A DNA stretch of 64,000 nt from Podarcis melisellensis (Eukaryota). A program made the position numbers and the translations under genes. Shown here piece after piece: positions 24,970 through 39,570 of the stretch (positions are counted from its first letter, which is position 1; each line of letters begins with the position of its first letter). The notes under the pieces are model-generated. The model saw only the letters and a list, made by a program, of their open reading frames with translations, did no database searches and was not told the origin of the DNA. The stretch lies in the NCBI GenBank assembly GCA_964234715.1, contig OZ174286.1; one strand, written 5' to 3'.

Positions 24970-26180
24970 GGCGAGGCTGCCAACTTGCAAAGTGTAGGGA
25001 GAAGCGGAGCTCTGTGGAAACGCGCGTGGGGGAGGAAAAAAAAGCCTCGCCAAGCCAGAAGCTACAAGTTGAAGTGAAATGGCAAAGCCCCAAGGAGGAT
25101 TCCTGGAGCAGCCATTATTGCAAGGCTGAGGGGAAAGGAGGCAGGAGGGAGCCGCAGGAAGCCCCTGGGCTGCGAAGGCGAGCCGCGCTTCCTCCTCTTT
25201 ATTTCAAGGAGCCCCCAGAGGGGGAAGGAGGAGGAGGAGGAGGAGGAGGAAGGGGAAGGGAAGTCGAGCCGCCCTTGGCGAACAAAAGAGGTTCCCCGAG
25301 CTGCAATGGCGCGAGGCGGAGAGCCTCCTTTTCGCGCCACAAAGACAAGAGCGGCAGCGACGGCCCAAGGAGCCCGTGAATGGAGAGAAAGGCGAGCGAA
25401 TCAGGGAGCCGAGGGCGCCGGCGCAAACGAGGCCGAGCGCGCTGGTAGGCGCAGCCCTCGTCCAATCGGGAGCCGGCCTTGCGCTCTCTCTCTCTACACA
25501 CACACACACACAGCCGGGGAGTCTCATCCCGGAGCTCACGCGCGGCTTACTACGATTACTACGGCTACTCCCATGCAGCGCGCGCGCGCTTGTTGCTGAA
25601 TTGCAAGCTCGTCCTGCGTGATCGAGGCGGGGGGGGGGCAATGGGGGAGGGCGCCTCCTTCGCAGTTTCTACGGAGCTTGGATTGGAAAACCTAAGGCCA
25701 GCTAGAAGAATGATTTCCCCTTCGACACATACCTTTCTTTTTAAAGGTTACATATATTTTAGGGTTTAACCCCCCTCCCCCAGCTGCGGGTGGTGGGTGG
25801 GGAGGAGAGGATCTGCGCGGTTTATGCGATTATGACACACAGCGCAGGGGCAAGAAACGTGTCTTAAAAAGGGTGTTGCGCGCATGAGTCAGCTGTGGGT
25901 ATGTTCGAGCCAATTAAATCTGTGTCCACGGCATGCGAGGGAAAGCAATGCGTTATGCCAAAGGCAAAGCGAGGGGCAGGATGGGGGTGGCAAAAAAACA
26001 ACAACACCCCAAACCGACGTACTGCAACGCTGATCAAGGGCACTTTTTCTTAAAAATGGAATAATGCTGCTGACAGGTTTGGGGGTTAGCTGCTTCTCCC
26101 CGAGGTGCAGCCATTTCAGACATCCAGACCCTCCCCCCCCCCAAGCGCGTTGAAAAACAGGAGCTTTCTCGACACGCGCG
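24970..26180. promoter_or_regulatory. Second, upstream CpG island with no assigned coding exon
   Basis: CpG-dense GC-rich block. CCAAT at 25462-25466, ATTGG at 25682-25686, GGA repeat near 25227-25250, (CT)n(CA)n tract at about 25484-25512, (GC)6 at 25578-25589. Confidence 0.75.
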
Positions 26181-26541
26181 CTCTCTCCCAACCCCCCAAA
26201 AAACAACAGTTATAGGCAGCTCAGCTGTATTCCTAAAGGCAGGGTGAATGTTCTCCATATTGCTTGCAGAGAATCCCGGGAAACCCAGCAGTAAAAAATA
26301 GGTCACAGTTCATTAGATCAGGCCCAGGACTTCAAAACAGAGTAGACAAACATACAGGCTTGCTTTTTCTACAGCAAGTGTACCATTATTTAGTGTTTTT
26401 ATCATTTTTTAATTGAACTACTGACAGCTTAGTCTTGGCTTTCATAGATAGCCTTTCAAAACCCTTTCCAGTGTTTCTATTTCCAATATTACACTTCTGC
26501 TCAGCGATAAACAACTTTTTGAAACCCATTGGCCGCTTGCC

Positions 26542-26629
26542 ATGTGACCCCATGCAAGTCTACTCAGGAGTAAGTCCCATGGAATTCAGGGGGCTTAGTA
26601 CCAACTGAATACAGTATAGCATTGCAGCC
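26542..26629. mobile_element. About 85 bp palindromic MITE, same family as the 21.6-23.4 kb cluster
   Basis: ctactcaggagtaagtcccatggaattcagggggcttag...cattgcagcc. Further copies at about 2172-2227, 33948-34032 and 55800-55887. Confidence 0.65.
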
Positions 26630-28659
26630 TTAATTAGAAGATAAATTCCTCATTTAGGCTACTGCAACAACAAAAATCAATTTATATTTAATCAAATTGG
26701 TTTGGTCATCCAAGAATGTTTAAGATATTTTTGGTTTCTGATCCTTTTTTAAAAGAATAAAAACCAAAGACCTACAGCAAGACCTATTAACTATTCATGC
26801 TACTTACAATATTAACCTCTTCAGTCTGTTCTGATAGAAAACATTTACCAGTTAATGCAATAGAAATCTTTGGATGTTTTTATTTTATTCCCAAGTAAAG
26901 TAAACACAGCTTATTACCAGGAAGCTCCCCAAATCAACCAAACTAATACATTATAGTCTTGGAAGTATTTTGAAATACTATAAAACTAGACCACTGCATT
27001 TTCAGCATTAAATGTATATTTATCAAATAAATTGAAACAAATTAACTTGTAGTTAAAACATTAGTTTAGTGTTTACTTAGTTTAATTTTTGCAAGTCAAG
27101 CTGAAATAATTTGCTTGCAGATTGGGCTCTTAATTTTCTCTTAACATCAGAAATGCTTTTTATATACTATCAGGATTTTAATTTTATAAAACTAGCCAGT
27201 CCTTGGCCTGCTTCTTTTACAAAAACGAATTCAATTATTTTAAAGAAAACATTTACGGAACAATCTGATTTATTTTTTTAGAAAAGTGGCAGATTCAAAA
27301 CATGTTTGTTCCAGTGTAGTAAATTCTTATGAGCTCTGTGGAACCAATTCAGTGGAACACAATGCAACTTACATCTTTGAATAAGCTTTCTTACATTTCA
27401 GTTTAATTTAGTTATTTTTAAACTTGTGAATGTAAAATAGAATAATGTTTAAGTCAAGCAAACAATTATACATTTATAGTAAGCTGTGTTCGTACCTCAT
27501 ATTCAAAGAAGCATACATGCAGTTTTTGCAGAATAATTGCAAACCAAAACTCCCAACTTAATTATTGATAAAATGAATTCTAGAAAAACCCATATTCAAA
27601 GACTTCCCCCTTTTTTATTCACAAGTATTCTATCAGAGGCTCAGAAACAATTGTACGAAATTATACATTTCAACACTGAATGAAGAAAGGTTAGATTTCT
27701 GAACAATGATCTAAATTATAAGATTTTTCCATAAATTAGAACTTTTGTTCTAAATTAGAATTTTGTTCTATAACAAAGTCTAATCCATCTTGTCTAAATA
27801 AATTTATGAAATAATATCTGTTCATGAAAAAAGTTGCTTCGCTGTAACAATTAGTTAGAGGGGCTAGTTACAACTTTTACATGGTTTTAAATACTCTACA
27901 TTTCTGCATCTTGTCATTCTATTGCAAGTACTATCCTGTTTTCCATTTGCAAAGCATACATACCAAAACATTTGATCACTACTTTTGTCTGACAAAAGCA
28001 CAGCTCTAACAAAGGCATTCATTAATGATACTTTTGCAGATTAAAAATACTTTTTGCTTACTTTATAGTTTTAGGACTGGAGTTAGTAAGTTATAGCAAA
28101 AACAACAACAACAACCCACCCCTATTTTCTCACAAAAATATAGTGAATGTGATTGTCACTATGTAACTAATAAAAGTACTTAACTGTTTACTATACCCAT
28201 TATGACCCAATTCCTCCCTCCCCAGTCTATGCAGCATAAATGAACCCTTTTACTAAAGTGAATTCTTAAACAAAACCTACTGGATTCCTATATATTAAAA
28301 CAGTGTTGGCTTTCATTTCCGTATCCTTTTCTTCATCTTCAGGCAACATTTTGTTTGCTCTGGAACAAGGCTCCTCACACTCTGACCCCTCCCCCCACAA
28401 ACCCACCATTGTGCTTTACAAATGTTGAAAATTATGAATGGTTCCTTGAACCAAGAGGGGAGGGGGGAGGGGAGAATGGGGGTAGGTGGGTGGATTTCTC
28501 TGTGTGCTATGGTAATCCGAGGGCTATGTTGTCCAATCATCCCCATTTTTTTTCTGAGCTAGAAAAACCACCATTAACTCGGTTTAAAAGAAAAAGGGGA
28601 AGGAAACAGCTTGGGGTGGAGGTGGGGAGGGAAGGAAAGGGGGGTGGAGGATGTGTCCG

Positions 28660-31860
<3,201 letters not shown>

Positions 31861-32284
31861 CACACTCCTTTTTCACCCAAACCACCAGTTCCTGTTTCCT
31901 CGTGACGAGTTCTTAGAGGCCTGTTAATCTCATCAGGGGAGGCGTACATATAATGCATGTGTGTGTATGTACAACTGAGTTTTAACGTATCACACTGGAG
32001 GATACTAGAGGTTAAAAGAGAATAACGTCCTGCTTGAGAGTTGCCCTGAATACATTTTCAACCTTTTCTATCGGAACTGGCTCTACTGTACGCCAGGTTC
32101 TTGGCGTGTGGCTATTTATCATTCCCACCATGCTTCAGTTGCTGCCCTGTAACTTTTGGTGAGCAAACTCTATAACATGTTGCATTTGTGTTTCCTTTGC
32201 TGTTTTACATCAGAAATTCATATCGGGAGTAGGGGTGTGAGAGCACCCAATTAATTCTAAAACCACTTGTATTACTGTTTGTAG

Positions 32285-32345
32285 GTAAAGTTGAACTGCA
32301 TGGTAAACTCATAGAGGTTGAACATTCAGTTCCCAAAAGACAAAG
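32285..32345 (+). CDS. IGF2BP3: IGF2BP3 exon 2 (61 nt, end of RRM1)
   Basis: Acceptor actgtttgtag, donor AAG|GTACGT. Translates (G)KVELHGKLIEVEHSVPKRQ(R) in frame with exon 1. Confidence 0.97.
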
Positions 32346-32427
32346 GTACGTAATGAATTTATTTTCTTTTATCTCCCCCCCCCTTTGCGAATGGAAATCT
32401 TCATCTTTCAGAAGAAACTGGAAGCAA

Positions 32428-32515
32428 GTTGATCTCCTTATTACTTTGTGATATTAAATCACTCATTAATTGTTGATCTCCTTATTACTTTGTGATATTA
32501 AATCACTCATTAATT
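32428..32515 (+). repeat. Perfect 44-bp tandem duplication in IGF2BP3 intron 2
   Basis: GTTGATCTCCTTATTACTTTGTGATATTAAATCACTCATTAATT at 32428-32471 and again at 32472-32515. Confidence 0.95.
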
Positions 32516-35500
32516 TGTGATATTCAGTAATGTTGTTCTTATATTAATGATGAATGCTGTCAGGTAGCTGTGGCTTTAAAAGAAAGTTGAACAGTCATAG
32601 ATGGTCAAGAGTAAAACATTTCATTTGAACAATTTCATATTGTAGTTAGGAAGTAGTGGAGCATTAAGAATCAGTGTGTTGAACCATGAAATAGACAAAC
32701 TACAAACATCTTGCCCATCTCGTGTTTTTGTTGAAGTTCGTATAATATTTATGTTGAGAAAGTTTTATTTGAGTATGTAACCCCACTTACCTTGGAGTAA
32801 GACCCATTGAGTAGACATGAAATACCACTGCAAGCTGAGGTATTTCTTTATCACCAGATACTTCTGTATGGCAATATGGGAGCCCTCCTTTTTTATTTTT
32901 AATGCAAGGTACAGTTGATACATAGTTAACTTTTTCTGTTTTTTGTGAAAAGAATACTTTACACCAAGTAATACAGCTTCTGAGGGCCAGGTAGATACAA
33001 AGGTTTCTTGAATCTAAATCAAAAACTTGCCTGGAGTAGTTAAATCTGCTTTCATAAATGCATAGATTATGAAGCAATCTTTATTGTGCTGGTATCTCAC
33101 ATTTAACTGATGCTTCTTTAAAAACTTATTCTGTACCTAGGCAAGAATACAGTCCAGATGAAAAAGCTTTTCTTAAAGAGACAGGCATTTTTAGGCCTCT
33201 AAAATAGTTGTTTGGAAGTGTTAGCTGCTGATTGTTATCATTTACTTTGGGGAATTAAAATATGCAAGGCTTACTGAACGTTGTATGAAAATTTACGTTG
33301 GAACCAGAAGAGATTTGTGGACAAATACAATTAGGAAGCAACCTCTGTTAATGTATTAAGGCATATTGTATCTATTGGCATGCATTCTGGTATGCTTAAT
33401 ACTTGTTTGGTTTACACACTCTGTCTGCATTGAAAATGGGGTAATTCAACTTCTTTACTAGTAATATGTATCTGTTTACTTAAAGGATCAATTCCTTTGT
33501 GTACCCTAGCCATTTTATAAGTATTTTCAGTATAGTATAATGTAAGGTAGTAAAGTGATGGTTGTATGTGTAAATGGAAACCTTACTGTACTCCAGAAAT
33601 ACTTGTAATAGTGAATTTTAATTATGTTGTCTTGTTGCTGTGGTGTAGTAATGAAAATGTGATTTAAAAATATTCACTTCCTGATTCTTACTTTTTTCTT
33701 CCTTTCCTCCTTTTTGGTGTGCAGTTAAAAATGATGTGCATTAATGCTACAAGTAGCTTTGAAAAAACATGTGAAAATTTGTTTAAAGTAATTTTGTGGT
33801 GCACAAAATTTTCTTTTTTAAGATTTTTGCTATATTTTCATCCTTAATAGAATTTTATATAATGGAGATACAAATCTTTAATGAAATATACAGACACATG
33901 TGCTTTGTGGACTTAAGCATCTGATATGGAACCTAATTTAAAACATAGGGTGCAGTTCTAGTTATGTTTTGGAATAATTTCCATTGAACTCAGTGAGACT
34001 TGCTTCATACTGAATCATGCATTGGACTGTAAAGTATAGTCTCTGTGTTTGTGTTTTATAGCCAACATTTCAAAAGTGTGCCATTCTTCTGCTTTGTATC
34101 TAAGGAATGGACTTTCTGTGCCATGGAGCTATCTTGTGTAGTATACAGATAATAACTGTCGTAATGTCCTACCAAAAAAAGATGAAGAAATAATGTTATT
34201 TACAGATGTTTCTCTGAGTTCATGTAAGACTTCCAGATCAATTGATCTGTACATCATAAGATGTATATAGGAATTTGCTGTTTTGGAACCCTAGGTTAAA
34301 TTACTTTTTCACCCTTTCATTTCTTAAACTCTCTTCTTCCCTCCCTTTTTCATTTTAAACAGAGGGTGCATGCAGTTATTACCAGTGGGTCAGGGACTTT
34401 TGGTTGGATAAATGCTTCAGTTAGAATTAAGAAGTAGTTTGATACAGAATATGGTGAAGTCCCGTAAAATATATTTATTAAAATGTATTGATATTTTTCA
34501 AAAAGTTCAAAGCAGTGCACAGCAGTATATCAATCTTTATCATTGAGCACTGCTGATATGAATGTTCTCATCTATCTGGTTATAGATCTACTTCTATAGA
34601 ATATATAGTTCATGCTGTGTAGTTGTAGATATTCTCCCTTCATTCATTTTGGTGAGATTGTGCACTAGGGGTGGACACGGGGATATTGTTAATCCATATC
34701 CTCTCATAATAGTGTCAGGAGCTCTTACAAAACTAAATTAAATTTGAAAGGCCAGTCTCTGTAAAGCTAGCCTGGTTTGTTATTTAAAGGGAGTTTTAAG
34801 GCTCAGCAGTTGCATTCCAGCAGTTTGGACTTTTAGATTGAAAGAGGACACACCCACACTCGCAAAAGCAACCTTTATACCTGCTGTGAAAGGCTGTTTA
34901 GGACTGTGGTGTTCTAGAATGGTCGTTGAGACAGGCAAATAGGCTATATTGTGATTGAGTTGGGATAGAGGGAATGGTCTAGTTTTTAGCTGGGAGCAGA
35001 GAGAGAGCTGTTTATAATATGGCTCTAGCCAGAAGCTGATTTCTGTCTTACTATGGAAACCTCAAGGGAATATGAAAGGAATGTAAAATGTTTGCATTCA
35101 TAACCTCATGGATCATAGAAAACCTCCAGATACTTTAGGGAAGCTTGGATCACTTCATTCAAAACTTGGAAATGGCATTGTAACAATGCGGGCTGCTAGT
35201 CACATGTTACAAAAAGAATGTGGAGTATTCTTAGCTGTGATCATCAGCTACCACAAATGTTTGGGAAAAATTTATGCAAAACAAGATAGTACATGTATAT
35301 TGGAAAACTTTTGTACAAGCCCTTTAGATACTCCCTAGCTTGCCACAAGAGCAGCTGTTATCTTGGTGGGGCAATATACATACTGCAAACTGATTATTCT
35401 AATAGCACTGATGTCATTTGTTGTGTGATGGATGGTTTAGCTTGGCAGGGAGGTGGGTGGGGATCTGATACTGGCCAGCTGGGGGCTGCATATTGAGTCA

Positions 35501-36359
35501 GTACTTGATGAGCTTGAGTCTTGTTAAATCCTTATAGATTTCGTATTTCTGACATTTATTCACTAAAACTAGAATCCGTATTATAGTACTGTTTCTGCTT
35601 CAAGGTTGGATGCCAGCCCATTTTTGTATCACTTTTGTTTTCCCCTGTGGGTTTCAAAACAAAATTTCATGTTTCCCTAACCACATGGGAGTGATGATTT
35701 GGTTTTCAGAAACTGAACCACAACATAAGGTTGGGCTGTGTTGTAATCAGGATTTCTCTTATTCATTGTGAATACGCTGCCAAGTGCAATATAGAATCTA
35801 TGGAATCAGCAAATTTTAAAAGCAAAAACAGCTTAGCCTTTGGATAATATGGTCCTGAAAGTATTTAGACAAGGAAGAAGGCTGAGGATCCAGTGATGAT
35901 TTGGGGTGAGGTGGGAGCTCAGGTAGCTATTACAGTTGTTAAATTGAGCAGACGTTGTGCTCCATGTTCCTCTTCATGTCTTCCATGCAGCAACACATTA
36001 TTTGCTTCTTGTGCTTCATTCTACATCTGCCTTCGTATCCTATACAAAACTGGTCTTTGCAAAACATATCAAGTTTTGTTTAGAGTCACTTCAAGCAGGC
36101 AGGTTACAAAATTCAACTTTATAGTTTCCAAATATTTGTTTATCAAAACATGTATATCCTTCCCTTTTGGTGGGCTAACAACATTTTTAAAAATATAAAA
36201 AGAACAATATAAAACAGAACAGTTTAAAAACAAACATAAAAATATTATCTGCCACATATACCAAAAGCCTGTCAGAATAAAACAGTTTGTTTCTACATTA
36301 GTTATTTAAAAAATTATGTGGATACCTCAAAGATCTGTTAAAATGGCATGTCCTAAAAT

Positions 36360-36491
36360 GGCATGGGGAATTTATGACCCTCCAAATGTTGTTGGACTTC
36401 CAACAACCCAGCCCACATGGTTAGTGATCAGGAATGATGGGAGCTGTAGTACATCATCATCATCTAGATAGCCACAGGACTCTTGCCCCTG
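36360..36491. mobile_element. Degraded hAT-type MITE related to 208-345
   Basis: ggcatgggga...ccctccaaatgttgttggact...gatgggagctgtagt...catctaga...cccctg. Other decayed copies near 50645, 51210 and 55050-55140. Confidence 0.65.
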
Positions 36492-38884
36492 GTCTGGAGA
36501 AAGTACTCTCTTTTATAAAGTGTAATTTACAGTTTGAAGTCCTTCATATCAAAGAAAAAAAACCTTTAATGTCTGTGGCAGCATGATAATCTTACTGTAT
36601 TTTGGGCAGAGTTCTAAGTAACGTTTAATATAAATTATGCTAAACATCCATAGAAAGTATATGGCTATTTGGACCTTTTTAAATGTAGGAAACTGAAACT
36701 CTTCTGACAGTTCTTGTTAATCTCTACAGTGTGATACAAAGACTGACCCTTCCAAAATGGAATGTAAGGTATGGTGCTGCTGGAAAATGTCTTTTCATCA
36801 ATATGTTTTCATGTTAGTAGATAAGCTTGAGGATGCTTCAGTAAGACAGTATGACTAAAAGAATAACCATGGGGAACCACATCTAACACCTTATACTGAA
36901 GCAGGATTGTCCATTTCTAAACCATCCCAATACATAGATTTGGTTAGTAATACACAGTTAGCATTTAAATTTGTTTCCTTCCAAAGTAAGCCTTTTGTAT
37001 ATTAGTTTAGGAAATAACAATTCTGACCCTTGTTGCTCTTATTAATTTGCACTTTTTCCTGATGAACAAAGCAACCCTAAGTTTGTATTCATATAATGTG
37101 AATCTGCCCCTGGCTCCTTTGAATGGAAGGGCAGGGTATAAATTTTATAAATTCAAATAAATAAATCTGTCCTCTTACTTGCCGTTGCTATTATTCTAAA
37201 AATAGTGTTTGTAAAACCCAAATCCAGACTTAATTACATGTCTGGGTTAGAATAGGATGCTTTTTCTGAGTAGTAGAAAATGCAATTATATTTTGTTCAG
37301 AATGAATGATATTATTTCAATAATTCCTTAAAGAACTGAAATGTGGCATTGCTGAACTATTTGACTGTGCTTTGCAAGTTATAATTCAGGAGGTGATCAG
37401 TGCTTTTCTCCCCTTAAAGCCATCAGAAATGGAGGGTGCAAGGATGTGCAGCTGCTAACTATTGCAGCTTCTTTTCTACTTTGTGGCTATAAAGTCAGAT
37501 GGCAGGGGAGGGACTGACGCAGTCTTTGGTTGTATATGTTGCTGTACTAGGCTTCCTTGCTAGGAATAAATGCCGGCATGCTGTGGCTGCCCACGAACTG
37601 GGCACACTCTGTTCCTGCCAGGTCTGAGGGAGACAGCACAGACATGGCAGCCACTGTGTAATGCTGTATTTCACCAGCTGGATTAACACAGATGAACATT
37701 CTACAACATATTCTGAGGGGGCCCTCAGGCCCTATAGTTAATACTTGTAGATAATTATTACTTAAATTTATTTGTTAAAATAGCTTTTCCCAAAAAAAAT
37801 TTTCCAAATTGGTTTATGTAACAAAATACACAGGCGCCAAACAACAAAATTATATAAATAACAGTATAAAAACAGGCGCAGGGGATAAAATTGTTACAAA
37901 AGCCTTATGGAAGAAGTGTGCTTTTTCTTTTTTGATTGGGGAGAAAGGGTCTAATTAGGTTGTGATTACTTGGAAATCAGATCTCAGGGGCATTGTAGAT
38001 AGAAGGCTGAGTAAAATAAGCGGTACAGTGTGGTGTGGCAGTGAAAAATTGCAAATTAACTTGTTAGGAATTGCTGGGTAAGGAGTTGAAGCTTTTAAGT
38101 ACCTGTGACAAAACGTTATTGAAGGGGAGAAGAAGGTCAAGACAAAGAGGATGAAATTGCTTTCGTCCTTTTACCATCCCATTTTCCCACACTGCCCTGC
38201 TCAATAGATAGCTCAGGTTCTCCTCTGGTTGAGCAAAGGAGTCAGAGTAGTGGCCTTTCAGTCCCTACAATGCCTTTGTTGGCTGAATGTTGTATATGTG
38301 AGCGCTCTCACTCCTGACTAAGCCTCAAAGTCATCTTAGGGGTCTGTCTTGGAAATGAACATAGCAAAGCATGCTGCCGATCTCAAAACACTCAAAGCAG
38401 TGGCATAGTTAATGAAGGGGAAGATCTGTTCTCATTCCCTTTCCCTTCTGGCAACCTCCTTATTAAACCCAACTCCAGGGGAAGCAAATTTTGTGATGTG
38501 TCACTTCCTGAAGCCAGCACACCTCCCCAACATCTTTACGTTTTGAGATGGAATGGTCCCTCGCGACTTTAAAGATATTCTTTGGCACCTTAGGAGGTGC
38601 CTATTTCATGGGGCCAATGTCATTTTACCTTGTGAGATTCCTGAAGTTGAAGAATAGGTTCACTCTGGTCATTTAAAGGAGTCTGTATGTGGTGAGGTGA
38701 TAGGTTTGATGAGGTGCATATTCTCCAAGGCTGCATCTCTCTTTTGCCTCAGACACGAAGGCCTGTCAGCCTCAGCTTCCCTTCAGCCTTGATTCCATAG
38801 CCTTTGATTACCACGGCTCTTTGGGTACGCTAATGTGCAGGATCAGGAGCAATCTGCTGCCCTCCTCCTGTGCCTGTTAGTGTC

Positions 38885-38891
38885 ATGTATG

Positions 38892-38920
<29 letters not shown>
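38885..38920. repeat. (ATGT)9 microsatellite
   Basis: Read directly from the sequence. Confidence 0.95.
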
Positions 38921-38922
<2 letters not shown>

Positions 38923-39435
38923 CATGCCATTTCTGTAGTATAGGATGTGATGGTTGAACCTAGAATTCCGTGTGTGATTCAGTTTCTCCCCAACCAAAAA
39001 AGGAAGACCTGGGAAATGTATAATAAATGAAATTACAAATGCTTCCCAGGCAAAGGATGCTTAATTAATGCTACCTGTACCTCTTGAGTGCTGAGTTGAA
39101 TAATATCCAGAAAAATCTTACTTTTGATTAGCGTTACATTTAGTTATATACTCATCCTCCATGTTGATTGTTGTAATGTGGTGAACAGAGTCTACGGTAT
39201 TTGTCCTCCTGTTTTTTTAAAAAGTAAATCAGAATGCTCAAAAGCAAAAGTTGATACTTGAGTGTGGCTTCTCTAGATATTGTGGCCCTACTTCAGGATT
39301 TCTGATATTTACTTCTAACTTGGATTACAATGATTTAAATGGAACCCAAAGGTTCAGGTTGCTACAAGTAAAAAGTAAAGTCTTGCAGAACAGGTATCAT
39401 TAGTTGACTGAACTGGCTGTTTTCTTTAGAAGATA

Positions 39436-39570
39436 CAGTTGTACCTTGGAAGTTGAACGAAATCCGTTCCGGAAGTCTGTTCGACTTCCAAAAGTTTGAA
39501 AATCAAATCACGGCTTCTGATTGGCTGCAGGAAGCTCCTCCTAAGCTGTTCAAAAACCAAGGTACAACTG
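39436..39570. mobile_element. Tc1/mariner (Tigger/pogo-like) MITE
   Basis: TIRs CAGTTGTACCTTGG ... CCAAGGTACAACTG. TA present on the left flank only. Confidence 0.85.

Noticed and set aside
24660-25379. 239-aa ORF, the longest in the track
   Set aside because: Non-ATG start, runs into the GC-rich island and GGA repeat where stops are scarce, and has no recognisable domain.
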